DNA of 26,307 bases from contig JAYGDX010000010.1 in NCBI GenBank assembly GCA_046582655.1, positions 1 to 26,307 of the forward strand, given 5' to 3'. Positions 17,945 through 26,103 of the stretch are shown piece by piece (positions within the stretch are counted from its first letter, which is position 1; each line of letters starts with the position of its first letter). Source of the stretch: Candidatus Poribacteria bacterium. GTDB lineage: Bacteria; Poribacteria; WGA-4E; UBA9662. Under the pieces are notes generated by a model that saw only the letters and a program-made list of their open reading frames with translations, was not told where the DNA came from and did no database searches. The translations under genes were made by a program, and so were the position numbers.

Positions 17945-19135
17945 TCACCGACGTGGGAAGAAAGTATCAATTCCTGCTTCAACATCATCAATTGGATGTC
18001 CATATTCACGTTCATAATTTTCATGGATTTTGGTTTCTGTTTCCGTTGGATCGATAATTGGAAAAGGAATTGTCTCGCGGTTTCGCTGGGCGGACTCATT
18101 CATTCCAATATTCATCTCCTGATCTTGTCTAGCGGGAATAGCACCGTATTCCGGATCAGTGTCTTGGATAATAGCGTTGGCGATGCTTAAGAGTTCATCA
18201 GCGACCGCAATCTGTCCTTCAGAGAGCTGATAGTTTTTGAAAGGATTATCCCACTGAACTTGCTGGTTAGGGAGTTCCAGCTTAATCTTGTCAATTACCT
18301 GCACGCCGTTGATGTCGACCATTACTCGCTGAGGAAGATAACCGGTGCTGGTTGCACCAGTTTCAATATTTTCTTGGTGAACGATATGAATTTCTTCGCC
18401 CACAATTGTTCCTTGGCTACCATCAATCTGTGAAATTCCGTTTTGTCCACGTCCAAGGGATCTGGCATGGATAACGTTGGAATAGATCATAATTGCTGTC
18501 GAGTTGTTATCAAATTCCAAAAATCCAAATGACCATTTGTCGCTGGTATGATACCGTTTCATCCGATCAATAATTGGAATAATCGGACTTACCTGACTGA
18601 TACCAAGAATTGATTTTGGATTTCCATTAGTACGAAGCCGAAGCATACTCATGCCGTGATAACCTCCTTCGTAGAAGATACGATAGATCCGGCTGACATC
18701 GCCAATGATGCCCGCGTTGATGACCTCGGACAGGAATCGTTCTTTCGGTGCACGATAATAATTCTCGGCGATCTCCAACTTGACATTATTCTTATTTGCT
18801 GTCTCAATCATTAAATCTGCCATGGGGAGAGAAACAGCTATTGGTGTTTCGCAAATGACACTGATCCCCGCGTTGGCCACAAAGCACGTAACCGCATGAT
18901 GCGCGACTCCGGGAACAGTAATATCAACAACATCAAGTTGTTCCTTCTCAACCAGATCTCGGACACTTGTATACGCATTTACCCTGTACTTTTCAGCGTG
19001 TTGGATTGCAGATTTTTCATCTATATCACAGATTGCAACTAGATTATAGGTGTCTTTGAGCTTGGAAATAACTGGGAGGTGTGACTCGGCTCCACGGCGT
19101 CCAGCACCGATCAAGGCAATATTCAATTTTGGCAT
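17945..19135 (-). CDS. Gfo/Idh/MocA family NAD(P)-dependent oxidoreductase
   Basis: IALIGAGRRG Rossmann motif, AICDID, DVVDITVP..AH, CETP (variant of CEKP) and AENY. Start taken at ATG 19135 (MPKLNI). Confidence 0.9.
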   Translation of the reverse strand: MPKLNIALIGAGRRGAESHLPVISKLKDTYNLVAICDIDEKSAIQHAEKYRVNAYTSVRDLVEKEQLDVVDITVPGVAHHAVTCFVANAGISVICETPIAVSLPMADLMIETANKNNVKLEIAENYYRAPKERFLSEVINAGIIGDVSRIYRIFYEGGYHGMSMLRLRTNGNPKSILGISQVSPIIPIIDRMKRYHTSDKWSFGFLEFDNNSTAIMIYSNVIHARSLGRGQNGISQIDGSQGTIVGEEIHIVHQENIETGATSTGYLPQRVMVDINGVQVIDKIKLELPNQQVQWDNPFKNYQLSEGQIAVADELLSIANAIIQDTDPEYGAIPARQDQEMNIGMNESAQRNRETIPFPIIDPTETETKIHENYEREYGHPIDDVEAGIDTFFPRR

Positions 19136-19319
19136 TTTATACCCAATTTCCCTCAAGTTTAATGTTTGAATTTCTATCAAATTCCATAATTGATATCTTA
19201 ATCTCTAAAGAAGGCACATCCTCGTATGTTAAATAAACTAATGATACTACAACTACTGTCATTTTGGATACTCATAAATGCATTTGAAGTGAGGTGGAAC
19301 TCATTAAGGGTAGGAGTTT

Positions 19320-19351
19320 CTTACAAAATTGGAAGGACAATTTCCGTCAAG
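19320..19351 (-). terminator. Hairpin just after the thiG stop, possible terminator
   Basis: The minus strand reads CTTGACGGAAATTG-TCCTTC-CAATTTTGTAAG, an imperfect stem. The U tract is short. Confidence 0.35.
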
Positions 19352-19358
19352 ATTTCGT

Positions 19359-20129
19359 TTACGTGACCAAATCTTCAGTTGGACTTGATGCGGTTGCGTA
19401 TAGTTTTCGTGGAATTCGCCCAGAGAGAAATGCCTCTCGACCTGCTTCGACAGCTTTTCGCATGGCGGAAGCCATCAAAATAGGATTGCGCGCTTTGGCC
19501 ACTGCGGTATTCAAAAGAATCCCGTCACACCCCAGTTCCATTGCCACTGTGGCATCAGATGCCGTACCGACGCCTGCATCAACAATCACCGGAACCTTGA
19601 TGAGATCACGAATAATTTGAATATTGTATGGGTTACGGATACCTGCACCCGATCCAATTGGCGCGCCAAGCGGCATAACAACAGCACATCCGATATCCTC
19701 TAATTTTTTACAAGTGATTGGATCATCGTTGCAATACGGCAGGACTGTAAAACCATCCTTAATGAGTTCAGATGCGGCAGGGATTAACTGTTCTACATCC
19801 GGAAAAAGGGTCTGATCATCGCCAATCACTTCGAGTTTAATTAGGTCTGTACCCAGAGCTTCTCGCGCTAGCTGCGCTGTTAAGACAGCGTCCTTTGCAG
19901 TATAACAACCTGCTGTATTTGGTAAGACGGTGCAATTTTCCTCCTTAAGAATGCTATAAAGATTCTCACTTGATAGATCATTCAGTTTAACTCGGCGAAT
20001 TGCAACGGTGACAATATTGGCTTCACTCATTTTAATCGCTTTCAACATCACGTCAAAATTCGGATAGCCTGACGATCCAATGAGTAGACGTGAACTGTAG
20101 ACTTGATCCCCGATTTTAAGCCCTTCCAT
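19359..20129 (-). CDS. thiG: Thiazole synthase
   Basis: [15 protein letters not shown] with the catalytic Lys, [26 protein letters not shown] and ASSP. Confidence 0.97.
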   Translation of the reverse strand: MEGLKIGDQVYSSRLLIGSSGYPNFDVMLKAIKMSEANIVTVAIRRVKLNDLSSENLYSILKEENCTVLPNTAGCYTAKDAVLTAQLAREALGTDLIKLEVIGDDQTLFPDVEQLIPAASELIKDGFTVLPYCNDDPITCKKLEDIGCAVVMPLGAPIGSGAGIRNPYNIQIIRDLIKVPVIVDAGVGTASDATVAMELGCDGILLNTAVAKARNPILMASAMRKAVEAGREAFLSGRIPRKLYATASSPTEDLVT

Positions 20130-20131
20130 TC

Positions 20132-20338
20132 TTATCCGCCTTGAACCGCATGAATGATTTCAATTTCACTGTCGGGATTGATGCAGGTTTCCGACCACAT
20201 CTTTCGTGGGATAACCTCACAATTAACCGCAACCGCAACTCCTGGTTTCGTGAGATCAAACCCAAGATTTTCAATTAGTTGAAGCAGATCTATATTACCA
20301 CTAATTTCCTGCGTTTTCCCGTTAATTAATACTGTCAT
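20132..20338 (-). CDS. thiS: Sulfur carrier protein ThiS
   Basis: 68-aa ubiquitin-like protein with VAVAVN and a C-terminal [10 protein letters not shown], lying between thiO and thiG. Confidence 0.96.
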   Translation of the reverse strand: MTVLINGKTQEISGNIDLLQLIENLGFDLTKPGVAVAVNCEVIPRKMWSETCINPDSEIEIIHAVQGG

Positions 20339-20389
20339 ATTTTGTCCTTAAACTCACATTAAAGTTAGAAAAATCGAGAATTAACTGTG

Positions 20390-21529
20390 TTAGGCAAAGC
20401 GCTTCAACATGAATGGAGCAATCAAATTTGACGTTTGATCTGTCATAACTAGAGCACTGATTTCGCGGCATGTAACGGGCGTTAACAAAATCCCTTGACG
20501 ATAGTGTCCAGTTGCCATAATTAGATTCTTAATCTGTGTTTTTCCCAAAATTGGAGCATTATCTCGACTGCCAGGTCTGAGCCCGGCCCACGTTTCATCG
20601 ATCGGGAGTTCGTAAATACTGGGCAACACTTCCCAAGCACCACGTAACAGTTCAAATATACCACCAGCGGTAATTTTGGTGTCGAATCCTTGCTCTTCAC
20701 AAGTAGCCCCAATTAAAAGGCGTCCATCACCCTTAGGTGCAAGATAAGCATCCGGAGCGTAAATCACATGCTGTAAAATCGGTGGGGCTTCCATCCTCAG
20801 AGCGATCATTTGCCCCTTGACAGGGCGAACAGGTGGGCGTACCCAGTCTGGCAGTCCATCAACTTGTGAGGACCAACATCCAGCTGAGAGAATAATTAGA
20901 TCCGTTTCAATAAAATCTTCTTGTACTTGAATTCCAACTGCCTCCTCATTCTGAATTTCAATTTTGCGAACTGAGGTCTGTTCGCGGAGGTTTCCGCCAA
21001 ATTTCTTAAACGCTTGTATTAAGGCTTGAACCATCAGGCGATTATTGACTTGAAAATCGCTCTTACAACTCACTGCACTAGTAACTCTTGGAGAAAGATA
21101 CGGCTCGATTTCTCGTGCTTCCACGCCCGTTAGCCATTCAACAGGCAGATCATGCGCAAGTTGTACCGCATAGTGGTGCTCTAGTTCAGCCTGATCGTCT
21201 CGATTAAGCGCAACCATCAACGTTCCATGCGTGCGATAGTCAACCGATATCTGGCTGTCGGATTCAAGTTCATCAACCCATTCAGGGTACAGTTCCGCAC
21301 TTGCCAACCCAAGTTGCAACAGGTCATTCTCCTGCATATTAACCTCTGTTCTTGGGGAAAGCATACCTGCTGCTGCCCAACTTGCTCCTCGTCCTGCCCA
21401 ATCCCTTTCATAAATTGTGACGCCTAAACTGTTCTTGGCAAGTTGCCAGCCAATACTTAGGCCAATTACACCTCCACCAATAACAGCAACTTCCTTGGGT
21501 GGCATTTGTGTCTTAATTTCCTTCGCCAA
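20390..21529 (-). CDS. thiO: Glycine oxidase ThiO
   Basis: VIGGGVIGLS FAD motif, ASWAAAGML, PVKGQM, AGLRPGSRDNAPILG and GHYRQGILLTP, next to thiS-thiG. Alternative start at ATG 21505. Confidence 0.95.
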   Translation of the reverse strand: MAKEIKTQMPPKEVAVIGGGVIGLSIGWQLAKNSLGVTIYERDWAGRGASWAAAGMLSPRTEVNMQENDLLQLGLASAELYPEWVDELESDSQISVDYRTHGTLMVALNRDDQAELEHHYAVQLAHDLPVEWLTGVEAREIEPYLSPRVTSAVSCKSDFQVNNRLMVQALIQAFKKFGGNLREQTSVRKIEIQNEEAVGIQVQEDFIETDLIILSAGCWSSQVDGLPDWVRPPVRPVKGQMIALRMEAPPILQHVIYAPDAYLAPKGDGRLLIGATCEEQGFDTKITAGGIFELLRGAWEVLPSIYELPIDETWAGLRPGSRDNAPILGKTQIKNLIMATGHYRQGILLTPVTCREISALVMTDQTSNLIAPFMLKRFA

Positions 21530-22487
21530 CTAGGACATTATCAAATAAATCCGCCGCTTCGATCTTTCGGGTAATTAACTTGTTATTAAACCCAAATGCC
21601 GTGAATTTTTCCCATTTTTCCTGAGATTGTTGTTGTGATTTTGCGAACATAGGTAGTGTGGCGGTGAAAGCTAATAGGTCTAAATCTTTTCGGACGTTTG
21701 GATTAGCTGTAAAATAAGCTGTTAGTGCTTCGTATGGATGTTTCTTTGTCAGTTCAATGGCTTCTTTAATGGCAAGTACAAATTCTTTTACGGTCTTCCG
21801 ATTTTCAAGCAGATACTTGTCGTTGGTGATAAAAACTAGCTCGTAGTAATCAGGAACCCCGTGTTTTTCAAGCGGGAAATAATTGGCTTCGACCCCTTCA
21901 AGGAGCAACTCATTAATTTCATAGTTCCAAAACGCACCAATAACGGCGTCAACGCTTCCAGAGAGAAGGGACGGAGAGATGTTGAAGCCGATGCTAATCA
22001 GTTCGTAATCGTCTTTCGTTAAACTTGCTTTTTGTGCGATTGTTTCGAATAGGATTAAGTCCAACGGGGCAACAGTATATCCAATCTTTTTCCCTCTTAA
22101 ATCTCCTGGAACTTCAATCCCTGATTTCTTTAAGAAACTAATAGTATTCAGAGGATGATCAACCAAAACACCTATGGATTTTATAGGCAGTTCCGCTGCT
22201 CTGGCAATTGTAACACTGGGTTGATAGCTAACGGCAAGGGGGAATTTGCCGGCGGCCACCAATTTAATTGGATCAGCCGGGTTAGCTGGTGGAATCACTT
22301 CAACCTCAAGACCATGTTTGGCGAAAATTCCTTTTTCCTGTGCGACATAGATTGGAACATGATCTGCATTTGGAAACCAATCCAGCAAAAGGGTGACCTG
22401 TTGTAATTCGGCTCCTTGCACACCAACCAAGTTGCCCATCAAAATCATACTGTAAGCGATTAACAGAATCAAACGAGTCCTTATCAT
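21513..22487 (-). CDS. thiY: ABC substrate-binding protein, NMT1/THI5-like family (ThiY-type, HMP/FAMP precursor binding)
   Basis: Signal peptide, LDWFPNADH, SYQP, DLRGKKIGY, FWNYE and GVPDYYEL. It lies in a TPP-riboswitch operon and has RBS GGAGG. Confidence 0.88.
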   Translation of the reverse strand: MIRTRLILLIAYSMILMGNLVGVQGAELQQVTLLLDWFPNADHVPIYVAQEKGIFAKHGLEVEVIPPANPADPIKLVAAGKFPLAVSYQPSVTIARAAELPIKSIGVLVDHPLNTISFLKKSGIEVPGDLRGKKIGYTVAPLDLILFETIAQKASLTKDDYELISIGFNISPSLLSGSVDAVIGAFWNYEINELLLEGVEANYFPLEKHGVPDYYELVFITNDKYLLENRKTVKEFVLAIKEAIELTKKHPYEALTAYFTANPNVRKDLDLLAFTATLPMFAKSQQQSQEKWEKFTAFGFNNKLITRKIEAADLFDNVLVGEGN

Positions 22488-22547
22488 TCCAGAACCTCCA
22501 TGGAAAAATTATAGCAAAAAATAATGAAATTTACGCTAGGTAGCTTA

Positions 22548-23255
22548 TTACCATTTACGGACAAAAGTAAGTCGTCCTACAATACCATCATTACCTTCCC
22601 TCTCCTCCTCTCTGATCTCAGATCCCAAAAATAACCCAAGCGTATTATTTTTGCCGTATTTCAAGTGAACCTTTCCACCAATCGCACAACTGGCTAGCGA
22701 ATCTAACTCATTGCCGCTTTCATCTTTACCGCTTAGATTGAGTGTTACTTCCAATTGTGGGCCAACCGAGACAACATCTCCAAGAGCATATAGCAGGAAA
22801 TTCCGCGTGTAGAATTGATTTCCCGCCTCCTCATCAAAAGGGGAATTGAGAAAACTCATTAACCATGATTCAAAATAGATACTTCCTATTGTCGAAAACG
22901 TATACAACTGAGGAACAAAAGTGGCAATATTCATCGCTTCAAAATCAAACGTAAGTCCGATCATAGGTAGTACGACTAGACTGTCTTTACTATCTTCTTT
23001 TTTGATGAGCGTGAATAGAGGCCCGATATCAAACTCACCTGTCGCGCCAACAACATAGATATCTGAATCGATTTCCAGACCGCCGAACGGGTGGCTGGCT
23101 CCAAACCAAATCTGTGTTCCGTGTGAATCTGTGTCTGTCCGGAACCATCCAGAAATGTTGGATTCATCTTCAGCTATGAGCTGTATATTACTCATAACCG
23201 TCAACAAAGAAATAATTCCAAATTTCCAAATAATGGATGAAATTTTGTAGTTCAT
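22548..23255 (-). CDS. Uncharacterised exported protein, predicted ~12-stranded outer-membrane beta-barrel
   Basis: Signal peptide MNYKISSIIWKFGIISLLTVMSNIQLIA. The mature part consists of alternating amphipathic segments and ends in the beta-signal-like GRLTFVRKW with a terminal aromatic residue. Start taken at ATG 23255; the ORF track start is 23276. Confidence 0.7.
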   Translation of the reverse strand: MNYKISSIIWKFGIISLLTVMSNIQLIAEDESNISGWFRTDTDSHGTQIWFGASHPFGGLEIDSDIYVVGATGEFDIGPLFTLIKKEDSKDSLVVLPMIGLTFDFEAMNIATFVPQLYTFSTIGSIYFESWLMSFLNSPFDEEAGNQFYTRNFLLYALGDVVSVGPQLEVTLNLSGKDESGNELDSLASCAIGGKVHLKYGKNNTLGLFLGSEIREEEREGNDGIVGRLTFVRKW

Positions 23256-23314
23256 AATATCATTATCCTTTAGCATTTTAGATTAGTGGTTAGGTTAGTG
23301 ATTTGACAGTGAAA

Positions 23315-24085
23315 TTATGTTAAAGTTTTCCAAGGCATAACTATCTTTTCCAAGAAAGTCATTATCGCCAGGAGTACGAGTCCCATAGCAGTGAGACAAA
23401 CGATGGCAGCGAAGACGAGCGCAATCTGCATTTGTGAGTTTGAATGTAACATCAAATAACCAAGTCCTGCCTTTGAGCCAACCCACTCGCCAATAACTGC
23501 ACCGATTGTTGATATCGAAATTCCGATCTTGGCTCCGGAAAAAATAAAGGGTAAAGCTGCAGGGAAATTGACCTTCCTCAGAATTTGCCATCGATTTGCT
23601 TTTAGGATTCGAAACATGTTTACCACATCGGGATCTGCTGATTTCAATCCGTCTAGCGTGTTCAATGTAATCGGGAAAAAGACGATTACGGCTGTCATCA
23701 CCACCTTTGAAAATATACCGTAACCAAACCATAAAATCAATAAGGGTGCAACGGCGAATACTGGAACGGATTGCGATCCAACGATAAAGGGATAGAACGC
23801 GTATTCTAGGATGCTAAACTGAAACATTAAAATCGCAATTGGAATTGCAATTGCAATTGCTAACGTAAACCCGATCAACATCTCCTGTAAAGTAACTAGC
23901 GCGTGACTGAGTAACAGCGTGTGCTTTTTAATAAGTTCTGTAAATATAAGGATTGGTGCAGGTAGAATATAATGTGGGATTTGATAAAATCGGACGCAAA
24001 ATTCCCAGAAGACCAATCCGCTCATTAGTAGAAAAAAGGGAAGTATTCTACGGTTCAATTGTGAACCCTTTTTTATATTTGACAA
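23315..24085 (-). CDS. thiX: ABC transporter permease, NitT/TauT/SsuC family (ThiX-type)
   Basis: ILPAP, HALVTLQE, QSVPVFAVAPLLILWFGYG, the EAA-like loop, FPAALPFIFSGAK and GAVIGEWVGSKAGLG. It is the first gene after the TPP riboswitch. The likely start is TTG 24058. Confidence 0.9.
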   Translation of the reverse strand: MSNIKKGSQLNRRILPFFLLMSGLVFWEFCVRFYQIPHYILPAPILIFTELIKKHTLLLSHALVTLQEMLIGFTLAIAIAIPIAILMFQFSILEYAFYPFIVGSQSVPVFAVAPLLILWFGYGIFSKVVMTAVIVFFPITLNTLDGLKSADPDVVNMFRILKANRWQILRKVNFPAALPFIFSGAKIGISISTIGAVIGEWVGSKAGLGYLMLHSNSQMQIALVFAAIVCLTAMGLVLLAIMTFLEKIVMPWKTLT

Positions 24086-24099
24086 AATTAATTTTTGAC

Positions 24100-24137
24100 A
24101 AAAAAAAACGTTGTCCCAGAGTTTGAGGAAAACGCAA
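24100..24137 (-). terminator. Intrinsic terminator of the TPP riboswitch expression platform
   Basis: The minus strand reads GCGTTTTCC-TCAAACTCT-GGGACAACG followed by a 9-T run (the A run at 24100-24108 on the + strand). Confidence 0.75.
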
Positions 24138-24154
24138 TAGAAAATTGAGGATAT

Positions 24155-24235
24155 TTGCCTTTTTCCCTACGCTGGTATAATCCAGATCAGGTTCAGAGGG
24201 TTTAATCTCAGCCCATACAGGACACCCCTAACATT
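24155..24235 (-). ncRNA. TPP (THI-box) riboswitch
   Basis: The minus strand reads TAGGGGTGTCCTGTATGGGCTGAGATTAAACCCTCTGAACCTGATCTGGATTATACCAGCGTAGGGAA. This has the conserved GCUGAGA, ACCC, GAACCUGAUC.GG.UA.ACC.GCGUAGGGAA core and lies upstream of thiamine genes. Confidence 0.96.
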
Positions 24236-24240
24236 TGAGA

Positions 24241-24269
24241 ATGCTACAATACCTTTAGCAAAAAGTCAA
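24241..24269 (-). promoter_or_regulatory. sigma70-type promoter driving the riboswitch leader
   Basis: On the minus strand, TTGACT (24269-24264), 17 nt, TAGCAT (24246-24241). The predicted start near 24234 coincides with the aptamer 5' end. Confidence 0.7.
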
Positions 24270-24304
24270 ATCAAAGATCAGTCATGTATAGGCATTTGGA
24301 CCGC

Positions 24305-25060
24305 TTAAGTCCCTAAAGTGTCAAGCAACCGCTGTTTATAAGAAATAAATTCCCGGTTGGTAACAGATCTCGGTCTTTCTAGTTCAACATATATTTCATC
24401 CCTTACTGTTGCTGGACGATCAGACAGTATATAAACTCGGTCGGAGAATAACAGTGCTTCTTCAATATCGTGTGTGATTAATAAAACGGTTTTTTCCCAC
24501 TCTTGCCAGATTTCAAGGAGCAATTGATACATGGAAGATCTCGTTATCGCATCCAGTGCGCAAAACGGTTCATCCAAAAGGAGCATTTCCTTCTCCAAAA
24601 GAAGTGTTCGGATTAGAGCAACCCGCTGTCGCATCCCACCTGAAAGTTGAACTGGATAGCTCTTTTCGAACCCTTTCAAGCCTATCCATGCTAACAACTC
24701 GGTTGCCCTGGCTTTTAGTTTAGTTTTTTGCTTGTCCTGTATCTCTGCGCTAACCACTGCATTCTGGATTACCGTTCGCCATGGCAGAAGCAAATCATTC
24801 TGTTGCATATAAGCGAAATTACCGGTAACACCACGAATCGGTACGTCACCGAGTAAGATCACCCCTGAGTCGGGTTGAATCAACCCGACAATTAAGTTGA
24901 AGATGGTTGACTTCCCACAACTGGATGGTCCAAGAATTGAAACAAATTCGCCGGGTGATATTGATAGATTGATGCAATCAAGTACATCTATCCGATCCTG
25001 ATCCGATGGAAAAGATTTTGTTATGTCTACGAGTCGAAGTTGGTTCTTGCCGGAATCCAT
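24305..25060 (-). CDS. thiZ: ABC transporter ATP-binding protein, NitT/TauT/SsuB family (ThiZ-type)
   Basis: Walker A GPSSCGKS, YMQQNDLLLPW, signature LSGGMRQR, Walker B LLLDEPF and ITHDIEEA. It is the only ATPase adjacent to thiX/thiY. Confidence 0.88.
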   Translation of the reverse strand: MDSGKNQLRLVDITKSFPSDQDRIDVLDCINLSISPGEFVSILGPSSCGKSTIFNLIVGLIQPDSGVILLGDVPIRGVTGNFAYMQQNDLLLPWRTVIQNAVVSAEIQDKQKTKLKARATELLAWIGLKGFEKSYPVQLSGGMRQRVALIRTLLLEKEMLLLDEPFCALDAITRSSMYQLLLEIWQEWEKTVLLITHDIEEALLFSDRVYILSDRPATVRDEIYVELERPRSVTNREFISYKQRLLDTLGT

Positions 25061-25803
25061 TCGCCTCCGTCAACACGTAGATTTGAACCCGTAATATGGT
25101 CTGCTGCTGATGAGCATAAAAATGCTACAGATTTACCAATATCTTCTATGGTTGCTGCACATTTTAACGGTAGGTTCTTCCATGCTTCCTGCAAAAACTC
25201 TTCCGAGAAAAAATCACGTTCGCCGGGTGTATCCGTCCAACCTGGCTCAATAACGTTCACATTAATATCGTGATCAGCCAGCTCACCAGCAATAGTATAA
25301 GCCATATTATTGATTGCTCCTTTAGCCATATTATAGGCAACGGTATTTGGAAAGGGACGCAGTGCATGAATGGAGCTAATCACTACAATTTTCCCCCCTG
25401 TTCCTTGGCTAACCATTTGCTTGGCTGTCGTATGCGTAACGTAAAAAACTCCCCACATACAGACATCCAGCGTTTTCGAAACTTCCTCAACTGTCGTTTC
25501 CAGAAACGGTCTGCGAATACTCATAGCAGCATTACTCACTAAAATATCAATCTGCCCATAGTGATCAAGAGTTTCATTGATCATTTTCTCTACCGCATTC
25601 ACATCAGAAACATCTGCTCCAATCACAATAGCGGATCTACCAAGTTCTCTAACAATCCCGGCTACCTCTTCAGCTTCATCACCATGGCGAAAATAATTAA
25701 TTATTACGTCTGCTCCACATTTGGCAAGTTCGATCGCACAGCCCCGCCCGATGCCTCTTGACGATCCAGTAATCAGAGCAACTTTTTTCTCTAAATTGAT
25801 CAT
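25027..25803 (-). CDS. Classical short-chain dehydrogenase/reductase (glucose 1-dehydrogenase/FabG-like)
   Basis: TGSSRGIG, DILVSNAA, ISS, catalytic YNMAK, IEPGWTDT and ITGSNLRVDGG. Confidence 0.93.
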   Translation of the reverse strand: MINLEKKVALITGSSRGIGRGCAIELAKCGADVIINYFRHGDEAEEVAGIVRELGRSAIVIGADVSDVNAVEKMINETLDHYGQIDILVSNAAMSIRRPFLETTVEEVSKTLDVCMWGVFYVTHTTAKQMVSQGTGGKIVVISSIHALRPFPNTVAYNMAKGAINNMAYTIAGELADHDINVNVIEPGWTDTPGERDFFSEEFLQEAWKNLPLKCAATIEDIGKSVAFLCSSAADHITGSNLRVDGGEWIPARTNFDS

Positions 25804-25845
25804 ATTTTATCTTGAAATTCCTTGATTTTTTTACATGTTTTTACA

Positions 25846-25880
25846 TGTATACATGGTATGTTTACCATACCATGTATACA
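25846..25880. repeat. Perfect 15-bp inverted repeat with a 5-nt spacer (candidate operator or hairpin)
   Basis: TGTATACATGGTATG (25846-25860) - TTTAC - CATACCATGTATACA (25866-25880). Confidence 0.85.
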
Positions 25881-26040
25881 AAGTCAATGGGTTGAAACTC
25901 TATAAATATAGCTGGGATTTCGATGTAATCTTCACTTCTTAACTTCTGTTTTATGGTTCTACATCACATGTCCATAATATTTTTCTGGTTCTGAAAATGT
26001 TTCTGTCCTAAACAAATATTTTATCCCGAAATATTTTCAG

Positions 26041-26069
26041 TTGGCAAGGCTTTGGACCTGTGATAAAAT
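26041..26069 (+). promoter_or_regulatory. sigma70-type promoter for the terminal lipoprotein gene
   Basis: TTGGCA, 17 nt, TAAAAT, with a TGn extension. GAGGGAG RBS follows near 26089-26095. Confidence 0.55.
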
Positions 26070-26103
26070 CCCACGAAATCTGGGGTTAGAGGGAGAAACC
26101 GAC

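Noticed and set aside
21513..22487. THI5-type HMP-P synthase rather than a binding protein
   Set aside because: It has a signal peptide, lacks the THI5 CCCxC motif, and sits with an ABC permease and ATPase.
23835..23860. GCAATT tandem/palindromic repeats
   Set aside because: Explained by codons of the AIAIAIPIAI transmembrane helix of the permease.
24911..24934. Inactivated ATPase, because Walker A reads GPSSCGKS rather than GPSGCGKS
   Set aside because: It still fits GxxxxGK[ST], and the signature, Walker B and H-loop are intact.
2935..25761. Numerous 60-145 aa ORFs antisense to or out of frame within the long genes (e.g. 5874..6296, 19294..19620, 23295..23732)
   Set aside because: They are shadow ORFs of well-supported genes, with no recognisable motifs.
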